Virus record (IMG/VR): IMGVR_UViG_3300021142_000014
Span: 35,714-99,713 of that record
From: a virus
Strand: one strand, 5' to 3'
DNA: 64,000 bases
Below are positions 1 to 9,454 of this stretch, piece after piece. A program made the translations under genes and the position numbers. How positions within the stretch are numbered: the stretch's first letter is position 1; each line of letters opens with the position of its first letter. Under the pieces are notes generated by a model. It saw nothing but the letters and a program-made list of their open reading frames with translations. It ran no database searches and was not told where the DNA came from.

Positions 1-782
1 GGGCCGTAACTGTTTTTTACTGTTTTCATAACAACAGGGAACCCAACTTGTACGTTCTCACCATTGATCTTATCAAAATATTTATCGCTACCAGGACGCA
101 AGTAGATGCGAACTGACATTGCATGCTTAACTGCATGACCACCGGGAGTCATAGGACGGTTGTATCCATCCATGTCTGCACGTAATTGATTTAGATAGAA
201 ACAAGTTACACCATAAAGGTTTGCCAGTGGAGCAACAGTCTGAACATTACGTTTCATAACTGCAGCGTTACCACCCATTTTGTCATTCTTATCAGTCAAT
301 TGTTGCATACTATGCTTAGTGGCTGCAGCACCAATGGAATCCCATACAACTGCACAGACTTCTTTGGACTTAATCAAACTAACCATCATGTCAGTGCCAG
401 TCTCAGCATCTGGTGGTTGCACCACAATAAGACTTTCGTCAACCTTAAGACCAAGCTTCTCAGCCCATTCAGGATTAAAACGGTGTTCTAAGTCGATATA
501 AGCGACCATCTTTTCACCGTTGTAGTAATCGTAACAGTCTTTCAATGCAAGAAGAGCAAAAGAACTCTTACCGCTATGTTCCTTACCGAATAGTTCAATC
601 ATCTTGCCCTCAGGCCATCCACCAACAGCAAGAAGATAAGCGAGTGCAGGAGTAAAACATGGAATAGCATTGATCTTTTCAATGTTGTTACCACGCAGAA
701 CAATAGGTTTGTTACTACCCTCAGGTGTAAATTTATTCAAATCAGCAATAAGCTTGTCGATGCCATCTCTTGTTCTAGCCAT
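1..782 (-). CDS. recA: RecA/UvsX-family recombinase (3' end runs off the window)
   Basis: Not in the ORF track; translated by hand from ATG 782 (GGAG RBS): MARTRDGIDKLIADLNK...GGWPEGKMIELFGKEHSGKSS (Walker A)...AYIDLEHRFNPEWAEKLG...VVWDSIGA (Walker B)...YLNQLR...TPGGHAVKHAMSVRIYL. Confidence 0.95.
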   Translation of the reverse strand, partial: MARTRDGIDKLIADLNKFTPEGSNKPIVLRGNNIEKINAIPCFTPALAYLLAVGGWPEGKMIELFGKEHSGKSSFALLALKDCYDYYNGEKMVAYIDLEHRFNPEWAEKLGLKVDESLIVVQPPDAETGTDMMVSLIKSKEVCAVVWDSIGAAATKHSMQQLTDKNDKMGGNAAVMKRNVQTVAPLANLYGVTCFYLNQLRADMDGYNRPMTPGGHAVKHAMSVRIYLRPGSDKYFDKINGENVQVGFPVVMKTVKNSYG

Positions 783-897
783 AGTAATACTCCAAGTGTC
801 GTTGTATAAAATCTTCTACATCAATGTTATCTCTTGCAGCTTGTTTTTGCAAGGCTTCATACAAGTTCTTATCTAAATCAATCAATAACTGTATCAT
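775..897 (-). CDS. 40-aa ribbon-helix-helix-like small protein
   Basis: Hand-translated MIQLLIDLDKNLYEALQKQAARDNIDVEDFIQRHLEYYYG; TAATG coupling to the upstream gene and overlap with the recA start; strand-helix-turn-helix pattern. Confidence 0.6.
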   Translation of the reverse strand: MIQLLIDLDKNLYEALQKQAARDNIDVEDFIQRHLEYYYG

Positions 898-1319
898 TAT
901 GCTCCTATCGGCCAGACGTATTCAAGATCATCTGGTACATCTGTAAAATATTGTGAATAGTGTTCTGGAAACTTACGTAGAAGATTACTTTGATGTGATT
1001 TATGAAATTCTACGTCACCTAACCATTCTGGTTTGGTTATGCCAATAGGATAACCAGCAAGTAAATCTATGGATTTTTCAAGACATGTATCTTTATAACC
1101 ACGACTAGTCCATTCATTACAAATGGCTTCTTGGTATTTAAGAAGAGTGTATTCGTGACCACGCCACATCTTTACTGCTGGGTGGTTTTGCCAACCATAT
1201 CCAGGAGTGATTAATGCTTTGATTACTTGTAGGTTCTCTACACGTTGTTTGCCTAAGCGTTGACGATCAAGCACAGAAGCAGATTTAGCGAAGTCTTCAT
1301 ATGGTAGGAATGTTTGCAT
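897..1319 (-). CDS. MSMEG_6728-family pyrimidine-dimer DNA glycosylase / endonuclease V-like protein
   Basis: MQTFLPY.DF..SA.VLD..RLGKQRVE, GWQNHPAVKMWRG, FHKSHQSNLLRK and YVWP signatures. Confidence 0.85.
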   Translation of the reverse strand: MQTFLPYEDFAKSASVLDRQRLGKQRVENLQVIKALITPGYGWQNHPAVKMWRGHEYTLLKYQEAICNEWTSRGYKDTCLEKSIDLLAGYPIGITKPEWLGDVEFHKSHQSNLLRKFPEHYSQYFTDVPDDLEYVWPIGA

Positions 1320-1615
1320 TATTTAGATTGTACAGCTTCGTATTCTTCTTCTGTGGCAAATTTAAAACAACATCCATCACAGTTATGAGTACCATCATCT
1401 ACGCCATTGATAATAGAAATATCATCAGGGTCTGGGTGGCCAATGTTATGAGTGCATCTACGTTCCATAATGCCACGATCGAATCGATAAAATTGTGGAA
1501 AACTACGCATATGGTGATTACTACGCATATGGATGGTACACACTTCTCCTAAACATTGATCTTCTTCATGCGTACGGAGGCTAATGTGACTATGCTCTAA
1601 CTCATTGTATTTCAT
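1319..1615 (-). CDS. Cys/His-rich hypothetical phage protein
   Basis: 98 aa with CTIH..SNHHM, MERRC.H.IGHPDPD and H.CDGCC; translationally coupled. Confidence 0.75.
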   Translation of the reverse strand: MKYNELEHSHISLRTHEEDQCLGEVCTIHMRSNHHMRSFPQFYRFDRGIMERRCTHNIGHPDPDDISIINGVDDGTHNCDGCCFKFATEEEYEAVQSK

Positions 1616-1769
1616 ACTCTTCTTCCCCTAGTGTTTCATAAATCATAGTAGCTACTGCTTGCAAAACAAAATCATCAGGTGACAACCCTGACTTTCTAAG
1701 AGCTTTACCATAACGGATCAAAGCTACTGGACCTAATTTGAGGTTTGTATTGATAACGATTTCATTCAT
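1602..1769 (-). CDS. Small hypothetical protein, RHH-like pattern
   Basis: Start moved to ATG 1769 (ATGA overlap with the upstream small ORF); TNLKLG-helix-SGLSPDDFVLQAV. Confidence 0.6.
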   Translation of the reverse strand: MNEIVINTNLKLGPVALIRYGKALRKSGLSPDDFVLQAVATMIYETLGEEEYEIQ

Positions 1770-1900
1770 TCTTTTTCGTCTGCTTCTTCCCATTGTGTAT
1801 TCAAATTCTTATTACTAGGACAGCGATGAGTTACCTCACGAGCTAGTGCTTGAATAACTTGCTTACATTTTGGGCAACGCCATGATTTTAATTGTGTCAT
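1766..1900 (-). CDS. 44-aa putative zinc-binding protein
   Basis: Hand-translated MTQLKSWRCPKCKQVIQALAREVTHRCPSNKNLNTQWEEADEKE; strong RBS AGAAAGGA; CxxC plus HxC. Confidence 0.7.
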   Translation of the reverse strand: MTQLKSWRCPKCKQVIQALAREVTHRCPSNKNLNTQWEEADEKE

Positions 1901-1925
1901 TGTGTTTCCTTTCTTACTTAATTCA

Positions 1926-1954
1926 AAGATATCATGCTGACTTTAATAAGTCAA
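1926..1954 (-). promoter_or_regulatory. SigA-type promoter overlapping the dnaE 3' end, driving the recA cluster
   Basis: TTGACT-N17-TATCTT with TGn extended -10. Confidence 0.55.
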
Positions 1955-4900
1955 GACGAAATAAATTCTTAAGGCTTAGGCCATCTTTGAGCTTTTCTAC
2001 TTCCACCAAGACCGGCGTACCGATTTCAAGGCTTTCTTTGATCCTTGCGTAGGTGCTTGGGAAGGCCACGATTTGAATGCTTTCATCTTTCGGAGAGCTC
2101 TCTTCATCTTCCTCTTCAAGTAATCCATCCTCATCAAAATTATTAATAGGTAATTCTATCCATACTTGGCACATTTCTGCACCAGGACTTTTGCCCTTCT
2201 TGGTTATTAATAGCTTAACCTGGGTTACCATGCCACCAATCATAGCCTTTTCGCCTTGGAACATACGTTTTTCACCAGGAAAGTTCTGTTCTTCTTCAAT
2301 CAGATTAATATAATCAGCAAGAGGATCAATGCTAACCATTGTACCCAAGAGTTCCTGCTCATGGTGACCTCTGGCATTAATGTTTTCCTCATTCTCAGCG
2401 TAACATTCAAAAGTGCTAAGGCGACCAGCACAATGGATACAAGCCTCATTGCAATTATCATCTAATTTTTTGAACTCTTTCCTTGTCTTTAGGTATTCAT
2501 ATAGTGCTTGCTTAGTACTACCACATAAGCTATCAAATACACCACATTTAATCATTGATATTACGGCACGCTTATTGACTTTTCTAGTTGGTACACGTGC
2601 AAGGAAATCTTCCATGCTTTTATATGGCCCTAGCTTCTGAAGTTCTTCTGCAGCATTGGCAACATATTTAACACTGCTAAGCCCATAACGGATTACACCA
2701 GCAGATGTAAGTGTAAAGTTGCCTTCACTTTCGTTAATGTCTGGACCAAGTACTTGAATACCCAATCTACGTGCTTCTCTAGTGTAAATCACACTATCTG
2801 AAGGATTAGTGCGGAAAAGAGCAGTCATATATTCACGTGGATAATAGTATTTCATCCATGCAGTCCAGTAAGAAAGCATACTGTAGCCGTATCCGTGACT
2901 TTTGTTAAAACCATACATACCAAATGCACGCATGTCATCAAAAATAGATTCTGCAGTTCTTTTATCAATACCACTTTCAATACATTTCTGCACAAAAGTT
3001 TCTGCTTCTTCTTTCATATCCTCATAGTTAGACTTAGCAACAGCTTTACGAACACGATCAGTTTCAACAATTGTATAACCTGCTAATTCTACGCAAGTCT
3101 CCATAATTTGTTCCTGGTAAACAAAACTACCATAAGAAACACCAAGGATCTTTTCAAGCTTTGGGTGTTTGTAAGTAACCTTACGTTTACCCTCACGCTT
3201 TTGCATATACATCTCAAGCAAGTTAAGACCAGTCTCTGCATCAAATGAACGTGTAATACCTGGGCGATAGATGGCAATCATTGTGCATAAGTCTTCGATG
3301 CTACGTGGCAAGAAACGCTTTACAAGAGACCTAAGGCTACCTGTTTCAATCTGGAATAGACCAATGTTATTACCTGTGCCGACACTATCCCATACTGCAG
3401 GGTCATCGTAGTACTTTTCCCATTCATGATTCCAATCATAAAAATGTTTAAACGGGAGTACACCATCGTTATTAGTCTTGATTAATTCCAATGCAGCCAT
3501 CAAAGTACTTAGAGTGCGAAGTCCAAGCAAGTCGATCTTTACAAAACCAAGCTCATCGACTTCATTCATATCAAATTGTGTACGAATATCATCATTCTGT
3601 GGACTGTAACGCAATGGCATTGCACCAAGTAGAGTCTCTTTGCTAATCAAAATACCAGCAGCGTGCGCACTGGTGTGGCGAATGTGATTAACGAACTCAG
3701 GCAAGTTATCAAATAGCTTAGAATACTTAGTTCTCCACGGTGAATACTCTTTAGCATATTGCTTCTCAACATCTTCCCATGTAGCACCACGGTTCTTGAT
3801 GTTCCAGTCATCATCGATGATATCAATCATTTTCTGAGTATCATCCTTATTAATATCAAGACCACGACAAATATCACGGAGTGCCTGTTTCGGACCCAGT
3901 GTATTTAAAGTTCCAATGCTTGCAATATTATTCCTACCGTACTTATTTTCTAGGTACTCACGAACAAGATGACGTTCATTCTTTGGCATGTCAATATCAA
4001 TATCGGGCATGCTTACACGTTCAGGATTAAGGAAACGTTCAAAAATAAGACCAGATGGCATTGGGTCTACGGTAGTAATGCCCATAACGTAAGCAAGAAG
4101 AGAACCACCAACTGACCCGCGACTAGGACCAACGAGGAAACCATTCTTTTTACTCCAATCAATAATGTCATGCACTGTTAAGAAATAACCTGGGAAGCCA
4201 CGTGTAACAATAACTTCAAGTTCATACTCCATGCGTTCACGGTACTTAGGAATTAATTCTTCGTCTACGTGACCAACAATTTTGTTGGCAAAACCTTCTT
4301 CGATAACTTCACGAATCTTACGTTCATCCATAGCAGAAGATGAATAGAATACAGGCATCTTACGAGAACCTGGGACACGAGCATCACACATCTGTGCTAT
4401 CTCATTAGTACGGTTGATAGCTTGATCAACCAATGATTCTGGCAAGTAACTCAAACGACTTCGGGTTTCTTCTTCAGAAAAAATACATAGCTGGTTTGGA
4501 CCATAAGAGAAACGGTTAGGGTCGTTGATAGTCTTACCCATTTGAATTGCAGTCATTAGTTCGTGAGCAAACCATTGCTCAGGCTCAGCATAATGAGAGT
4601 CACTAACAGCCAAGAGAGGAACACTAAAGTCCACTGCCGCTTCAGCTACACGTAGGTTCCATTCATTACTTTCAGGGTCAAGATATGTATGTAGTTCCAA
4701 GTGAAAACGATCACCAAAGATTGCTTGGTATCTACCAATGCGTTCAACAGCTTTCTCATAGTGTTCACCATCTTTAAGGTGCTTACCAATGCAACCACCC
4801 ATACAACCACCAGTAACAACAAGGCCTTCGTTATATCGTTCTAGCAATTCCCAATCGAATCGTGGATTACCGTAATAACTACCTTCGATATAAGCGAGAC

Positions 4901-5219
4901 TGCTCAAAGCCCACAAGTTTTCTAGACCTTTGTTGTTAAGAGCAATGATGGTCATGTGGTCATAATTTTCACCTTTGCGACCACTTTTCTCAAAACGATC
5001 TTCAGTAAAGTATCCTTCCATACCAAAGAGAGGTTTGATGCCTGCTTTATCTGCAGCACGTTGAAGCCTAAGATGGCCACCACATTCGCCATGATCAGTG
5101 ATAGCAACGGATTCTTGTCCAAGCTCTACTACTCGATTTACTACTTGGTCAATAGTTGAAAGACCATCCAAAAAACTGTACTCACTGTGCGTGTGAAGGT
5201 GCACTAACCGATCTGTCAT
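1932..5219 (-). CDS. dnaE: DNA polymerase III alpha subunit (DnaE-type)
   Basis: PHP domain HLHTHSEYSFLDG and AITDHG; RGSVGGSL; FERFLNPER.SMPDIDID; KIDLLGLRTL; YGFNKSH; no intein. Confidence 0.98.
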   Translation of the reverse strand: MTDRLVHLHTHSEYSFLDGLSTIDQVVNRVVELGQESVAITDHGECGGHLRLQRAADKAGIKPLFGMEGYFTEDRFEKSGRKGENYDHMTIIALNNKGLENLWALSSLAYIEGSYYGNPRFDWELLERYNEGLVVTGGCMGGCIGKHLKDGEHYEKAVERIGRYQAIFGDRFHLELHTYLDPESNEWNLRVAEAAVDFSVPLLAVSDSHYAEPEQWFAHELMTAIQMGKTINDPNRFSYGPNQLCIFSEEETRSRLSYLPESLVDQAINRTNEIAQMCDARVPGSRKMPVFYSSSAMDERKIREVIEEGFANKIVGHVDEELIPKYRERMEYELEVIVTRGFPGYFLTVHDIIDWSKKNGFLVGPSRGSVGGSLLAYVMGITTVDPMPSGLIFERFLNPERVSMPDIDIDMPKNERHLVREYLENKYGRNNIASIGTLNTLGPKQALRDICRGLDINKDDTQKMIDIIDDDWNIKNRGATWEDVEKQYAKEYSPWRTKYSKLFDNLPEFVNHIRHTSAHAAGILISKETLLGAMPLRYSPQNDDIRTQFDMNEVDELGFVKIDLLGLRTLSTLMAALELIKTNNDGVLPFKHFYDWNHEWEKYYDDPAVWDSVGTGNNIGLFQIETGSLRSLVKRFLPRSIEDLCTMIAIYRPGITRSFDAETGLNLLEMYMQKREGKRKVTYKHPKLEKILGVSYGSFVYQEQIMETCVELAGYTIVETDRVRKAVAKSNYEDMKEEAETFVQKCIESGIDKRTAESIFDDMRAFGMYGFNKSHGYGYSMLSYWTAWMKYYYPREYMTALFRTNPSDSVIYTREARRLGIQVLGPDINESEGNFTLTSAGVIRYGLSSVKYVANAAEELQKLGPYKSMEDFLARVPTRKVNKRAVISMIKCGVFDSLCGSTKQALYEYLKTRKEFKKLDDNCNEACIHCAGRLSTFECYAENEENINARGHHEQELLGTMVSIDPLADYINLIEEEQNFPGEKRMFQGEKAMIGGMVTQVKLLITKKGKSPGAEMCQVWIELPINNFDEDGLLEEEDEESSPKDESIQIVAFPSTYARIKESLEIGTPVLVEVEKLKDGLSLKNLFRLDLLKSA

Positions 5220-5415
5220 TGCTATTCTTTTCTACTAATTGTTTTTCTACTCTATCAATATATTTGGGACTAGTTACAAGATATTCCCTAGATTTATCGT
5301 TTGGCAAACATTGATAAATTATTGTGACTAACTTTTTACGTTTACGTGGCAAACGTTTAGCACCAACTATGTGTATGTGTTTACCATCATACATGGTTAC
5401 CCACTCAGTGTTCAT
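5182..5415 (-). CDS. Hypothetical basic protein
   Basis: Start revised to ATG 5415 (MNTEWVT), ATGA-coupled to the upstream membrane ORF. Confidence 0.6.
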   Translation of the reverse strand: MNTEWVTMYDGKHIHIVGAKRLPRKRKKLVTIIYQCLPNDKSREYLVTSPKYIDRVEKQLVEKNSNDRSVSAPSHAQ

Positions 5416-5585
5416 GCATATAACCACTTTAGAAAGAAAACTATTAGAGTAAAAATCCCTAAAAATATAACCAAGTAGAATGGTAAAAAGACAATGTATT
5501 TCCAATCATCTTTATTTTTGGCACCCATAGCACCAATGCCTAGGTAAGCTAGAATAGGTACAAGTATTTGAAGAAACAACTTCAT
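5412..5585 (-). CDS. 57-aa two-TM membrane protein
   Basis: Hand-translated MKLFLQILVPILAYLGIGAMGAKNKDDWKYIVFLPFYLVIFLGIFTLIVFFLKWLYA; fills the gap below groES exactly. Confidence 0.7.
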   Translation of the reverse strand: MKLFLQILVPILAYLGIGAMGAKNKDDWKYIVFLPFYLVIFLGIFTLIVFFLKWLYA

Positions 5586-5587
5586 GA

Positions 5588-5878
5588 TTACTCTTCTACG
5601 ATAGCTAGAATGTGATCCGTAAGGAACACAAGATATTCTTCTTCATCGAGTTCAACTTTTTGAGCAGCTCGACGTTCAAATATTACTTTATCTCCAGCTT
5701 TAATTCCAGTTGGGATGATAGATCCATCCATGGCAATTCTTCCTGGTCCAATAGATACAACAACACCAGTTTCAGGCATAGCAGTAGCAGTATCCGGAAT
5801 GTAAAGACCACTCTCGGTGGTTTCTTCTACTGCAGCGATCTTAATAATTACTTTGTTTTCGAGTGCATTGAATGGCAT
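5588..5878 (-). CDS. groES: Co-chaperonin GroES (Cpn10)
   Basis: ETTESGLYIPDTA mobile loop, G.VVSIGPG, IKAGDKVIF, EEYL...DHILAIVE. Confidence 0.95.
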   Translation of the reverse strand: MPFNALENKVIIKIAAVEETTESGLYIPDTATAMPETGVVVSIGPGRIAMDGSIIPTGIKAGDKVIFERRAAQKVELDEEEYLVFLTDHILAIVEE

Positions 5879-5907
5879 TCTATTCTTTCTTATTACGTTA
5901 GTAGTTA

Positions 5908-6031
5908 TCTGAGTACCCAGTGGAGCAATGAATCGTGTCGGGTTAACCCACTACTCCACTGAGTCTTCAGAATATTTGATTCCTTGATAAGTTCCATCAA
6001 GATGGAGGTGACTAATCCTCCCTCATCAAGG
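5908..6031 (-). ncRNA. Putative structured RNA between ssb and groES
   Basis: 19-bp stem ACTCAGTGGAGTAGTGGGT/ATTCATTGCTCCACTGGGT with several G-U pairs (pairs only on the minus strand), flanked by TCTGA/TCAGA; second domain closed by CCTTGAT/ATCAAGG. Confidence 0.45.
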
Positions 6032-6040
6032 GTCAAACCT

Positions 6041-6856
6041 TTAGTTAGCTGCTAGCTTCTTACGAAGTCGTTCAGCTGTTGTCTCTTCATCGATAGCGAC
6101 ATACTCATCTTCACCATACTCTTCTTCTTCCGCAACAGGTGCAGCAGCAGGAGTAGGAGTGTCAGAAGCCTTAGGTGCTTCTTTTTCCTTGATGATTCCG
6201 TGTAGTTGAGCATCGTAGTACTCTTGGCTACCAATACGGTTGAGGAATGCTTCTACATCTGGCATGAACTTAGCATACCGAGTGTCGATGTTCTCAATTG
6301 CCTTTTCAGGAAGAGCGAATGCCATGTATGTGGTGTCAGTTCCAGCACCTTGACGCAAGATCTCAATCTCACGGTCACGGAGTGAACCATACTTCTCAGC
6401 GATAACCGCAATCTGATTCCAGTAGTTGCGCATACCCTGTGAAACAATGCCGACATACGGCTTCTTCTTAGTTACAGTCTTACCGTCAACAGTCTCACTG
6501 TATTCAGAAGTAACATCACGGTATCCAGTAATCTTACCGTCTTCACGTACTTCTTCACGGAGCACTGCTACGCCATAACCAACATCACGACGGTATACCT
6601 TGTTCTGACAAAGCTCACATGAAGCATCGAATGCAGAACGGCATACAAACGTCTTCTTCTTACCATCATGGGTAGGAACATTATCGTGCACTGGAACAAC
6701 AAAGATGTCATTCGAGTCAGTTAAAAATCGGAGAACTTTGCTCTCTCCACCCTGCCAGTAGAACCAGTTGGTCTGTTCATACGTCTTAGGGCCACTACTT
6801 TTCTGCGAACGTTCAAGGCTTTCACGTACTGCAGACATACCTTTTTTCAATGCCAT
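6041..6856 (-). CDS. Single-stranded DNA-binding protein (gp32-like)
   Basis: VLRFL, H..C..CxxC zinc site, I.RQG.GTDT.Y, acidic C-tail; lies in the replication module. Confidence 0.8.
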   Translation of the reverse strand: MALKKGMSAVRESLERSQKSSGPKTYEQTNWFYWQGGESKVLRFLTDSNDIFVVPVHDNVPTHDGKKKTFVCRSAFDASCELCQNKVYRRDVGYGVAVLREEVREDGKITGYRDVTSEYSETVDGKTVTKKKPYVGIVSQGMRNYWNQIAVIAEKYGSLRDREIEILRQGAGTDTTYMAFALPEKAIENIDTRYAKFMPDVEAFLNRIGSQEYYDAQLHGIIKEKEAPKASDTPTPAAAPVAEEEEYGEDEYVAIDEETTAERLRKKLAAN

Positions 6857-6908
6857 TTTATTTACCTATTTTCTATAATTGTTATATCGTCACGTTGACG
6901 CTTGTACT

Positions 6909-6938
6909 ACGGTACCACATGTCTCCACCATAAATCAA
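6909..6938 (-). promoter_or_regulatory. SigA-type promoter for ssb-groES-dnaE
   Basis: TTGATT-N18-TACCGT with TGG extended -10. Confidence 0.55.
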
Positions 6939-6943
6939 ATTAC

Positions 6944-7042
6944 TTAAAAAATTCTTCTAGCCCAAGCATAAAACCAATAAGCCAATATCATATCAAAGAC
7001 ATGACCGTTAAGCCAATGATGAATGCTACCTAAAAAACTCAT
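6944..7042 (-). CDS. 32-aa hydrophobic small protein
   Basis: MSFLGSIHHWLNGHVFDMILAYWFYAWARRIF, ATGA-coupled to the primase stop. Confidence 0.45.
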   Translation of the reverse strand: MSFLGSIHHWLNGHVFDMILAYWFYAWARRIF

Positions 7043-8046
7043 GCTACTCCTTGATGTGTTAATTGCCATTCCATCGAGTTCATCGTACTAGGAATCTCCA
7101 ACAATGTAGCAGGATCCTCGTCATCCGGTGTTTCGATAACTGCAATCTTAGTATACAACTTCAATTGCTCCACTAGATTATACGTTGCATTCCTTCCAGG
7201 CAAGTCGCCATCCATAAAGATAGTTACCTTAGAGAAGTTACGCAGTAACCCAATCTGTTGAGCATCTACTTTTGCGCCGAAGGTCGCCACGACATTGTCA
7301 ATCCCTCTACTCTTCAACACAAGGACGCTCATCGGGCTCTCTACAACATAGACTTTGTCAAACGCCTTGGCGTTATCTAAGTTATACAACCAAGCTCCTC
7401 GTGGGAAGCCTTTAGAGTTCCTATACTTTGGCACTCCTGGCACATCTTGGATCTTTCTAGCGACCCATCCGACCAACTTACCCTTCATAAAGTGGGGCAG
7501 TACGACCCTATCCAGGGTCACATTTACGTCCCCTTCTGGGGATTTAGAAATTTCGGTCCTTCCCCTCTCCACACCCGTGCGCATCGCCCTCTGAACGGCC
7601 TCTGAGACCCCTCTAACGGTCAAATACTCACAGGGACCTTCCCACCTTTTAAGCAGGTTATCGCTATAAACTGGGATCTCTGTACGGTCCTGGGGACTGT
7701 TGTCAAATACCCCTTCAAGACGTTTAATAAAGTCCTCAACCGATACAACCTTAAGCTCTGCTACCTCATTCTTGAGGACAGCAATAGCCTCCTCTTTGGT
7801 GACATTCATACAGTTCTGGACTAGCCAGATTATGCTACCCCCGCCACAGGTAAAACAGTTAAAAAGGAAAGTATCTTTGTTTATGCTGGCACTTGGGTTA
7901 CGATCACCGTTTTTGTGCATGCCAAAAGGCAACGGGCAAGAATGGATAAATTCATCACCATTCTCAATCAATTCTCCTACCCCAATAATATCTTGAAGCA
8001 CCACCCTAACATCAAGACCAGGGAACAAATCAGATAATGGTGTCAT
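7039..8046 (-). CDS. dnaG: DNA primase (CHC2 zinc finger + TOPRIM)
   Basis: CPLP..HKNGDRNPSAS...FNCFTCG; PKYRNS; VVESPMS; VATFG; FMDGDLPG. Confidence 0.93.
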   Translation of the reverse strand: MTPLSDLFPGLDVRVVLQDIIGVGELIENGDEFIHSCPLPFGMHKNGDRNPSASINKDTFLFNCFTCGGGSIIWLVQNCMNVTKEEAIAVLKNEVAELKVVSVEDFIKRLEGVFDNSPQDRTEIPVYSDNLLKRWEGPCEYLTVRGVSEAVQRAMRTGVERGRTEISKSPEGDVNVTLDRVVLPHFMKGKLVGWVARKIQDVPGVPKYRNSKGFPRGAWLYNLDNAKAFDKVYVVESPMSVLVLKSRGIDNVVATFGAKVDAQQIGLLRNFSKVTIFMDGDLPGRNATYNLVEQLKLYTKIAVIETPDDEDPATLLEIPSTMNSMEWQLTHQGVA

Positions 8047-8167
8047 TCTTTAACTTTTCCAAAAAGTCTTTGTTTTCTTTTTTAACCTTTTCTAGAAAGG
8101 CTCGGTCTTCTGGGTTTAAATCTCTAAGGGCGTCTTGGCCCATTTCTTTAGGAGTTCTCTCAATCAT
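8030..8167 (-). CDS. Small hypothetical protein
   Basis: Start revised to ATG 8167 (GAGG RBS); bridges dnaB and primase. Confidence 0.55.
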   Translation of the reverse strand: MIERTPKEMGQDALRDLNPEDRAFLEKVKKENKDFLEKLKNDTII

Positions 8168-9440
8168 TGTTATCCTCATATTCACGAACAACTTGAAGTG
8201 ACGTACGATCTTTAAGTTCAAAACCCATCATCCATGACTTAAGGTCACTGCGACGACTCTTAAGAATATCCATCACCAATGCCTCTTGTTGCTTCATTTC
8301 CTTGGTAGCACCAATGCCGATAGCCATGTCTACAATCTGTTCGATCTGTGAACTAAGTCCAATGTTAGCTAGCCCACCACGACCCTTCTTATTTTTCATA
8401 GCTTCACGGTTGAACTGAGCAAGCCATACAGAGGCCATACCCATCTCTCGGTTGGTAGATGCAACATCAGTAATCACTTCAGACATTTGTAGAGTCTGGA
8501 AGTTGCTTGCTTGGCCGTAACTTTTCTCAGTGCTAATCCATGACAACTGGTCACCGACAATCATGTCTGCTCCCCAATGCTTAGCCTTAGAGTAAAGTTC
8601 CATAACGCTTCGCTCGCTCTTACGGCTAGGAGAGTCGATGAGTAGATACTCACCAAACTCCATAACCTCTTCACGAGCTTCTTTAAGACGCTTCAACTCA
8701 TTAGGTGTTAGCTGACCACGCTCATAACGAGCATACGGCACACCGCTAACAAGACAGTCAAGACGCATCAAGGTTAGTTCTTTACGAAGTTCTAACGATG
8801 CAAAATAAACCTTGTTCTTACGGCGTGCTGCTTCAAGAGCAATAACGGAACCTACCCATGACTTACCAACGTTAGGGATACCTACGACAACCGCAAGCTC
8901 ACCTTTCTGAATTCCATACATGTGATCATTCAATGCATCCCAGCCAAGATAGATGCCCTTCTTATCTTTTGTTGGGTTAGATACTTCATCCATGTAATCA
9001 TTCACACGACGTTCGTAACCATCACCGTAGATTTCAATACGCTCACGTGTACTGGTATCACTCTGAATCTTTGTAAGGCTACTTAGTGCCATGGAGATAC
9101 CAACCTCTGGGTCATCTTCCAAAGCATTGGCAGCTTTTAGCAAAGCACTCTGAGTAGATGCTTTACGATATTTAGTTATCAACTCTTCAATAAGAACGCC
9201 TACTAGGTATTCTTCTTCAGGCCACTCATTACGAGCAAAATAATCTTCAAACTTAGTTTCAAGGAAATCACGATCTACAGTTTGTTTGAACTCACTGCGA
9301 ATGTAATAATCCACACTATATTCAAACAACTCACGTACACCATCATCAAAGAAGTGCTCACTACGAATTCCTTTCGCCCATATATCATCAAAACTTTCTA
9401 GCTTGACAAAATGGCGAACCATACTCTTTTCAATATCCAT
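8160..9440 (-). CDS. dnaB: DnaB-like replicative helicase
   Basis: GELAVVVGIPNVGKS, ASLEL, IVGDQL, LAQFNRE, SSQIEQIVD, ILKSR motifs. Confidence 0.92.
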   Translation of the reverse strand: MDIEKSMVRHFVKLESFDDIWAKGIRSEHFFDDGVRELFEYSVDYYIRSEFKQTVDRDFLETKFEDYFARNEWPEEEYLVGVLIEELITKYRKASTQSALLKAANALEDDPEVGISMALSSLTKIQSDTSTRERIEIYGDGYERRVNDYMDEVSNPTKDKKGIYLGWDALNDHMYGIQKGELAVVVGIPNVGKSWVGSVIALEAARRKNKVYFASLELRKELTLMRLDCLVSGVPYARYERGQLTPNELKRLKEAREEVMEFGEYLLIDSPSRKSERSVMELYSKAKHWGADMIVGDQLSWISTEKSYGQASNFQTLQMSEVITDVASTNREMGMASVWLAQFNREAMKNKKGRGGLANIGLSSQIEQIVDMAIGIGATKEMKQQEALVMDILKSRRSDLKSWMMGFELKDRTSLQVVREYEDNND

Positions 9441-9454
9441 CTTCTTACTTTCTA

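Noticed and set aside
1-9440. Inteins or introns in recA, dnaE, primase or dnaB
   Set aside because: Normal lengths, contiguous motifs, and no C-terminal HN-C/S/T splice or LAGLIDADG motifs seen.
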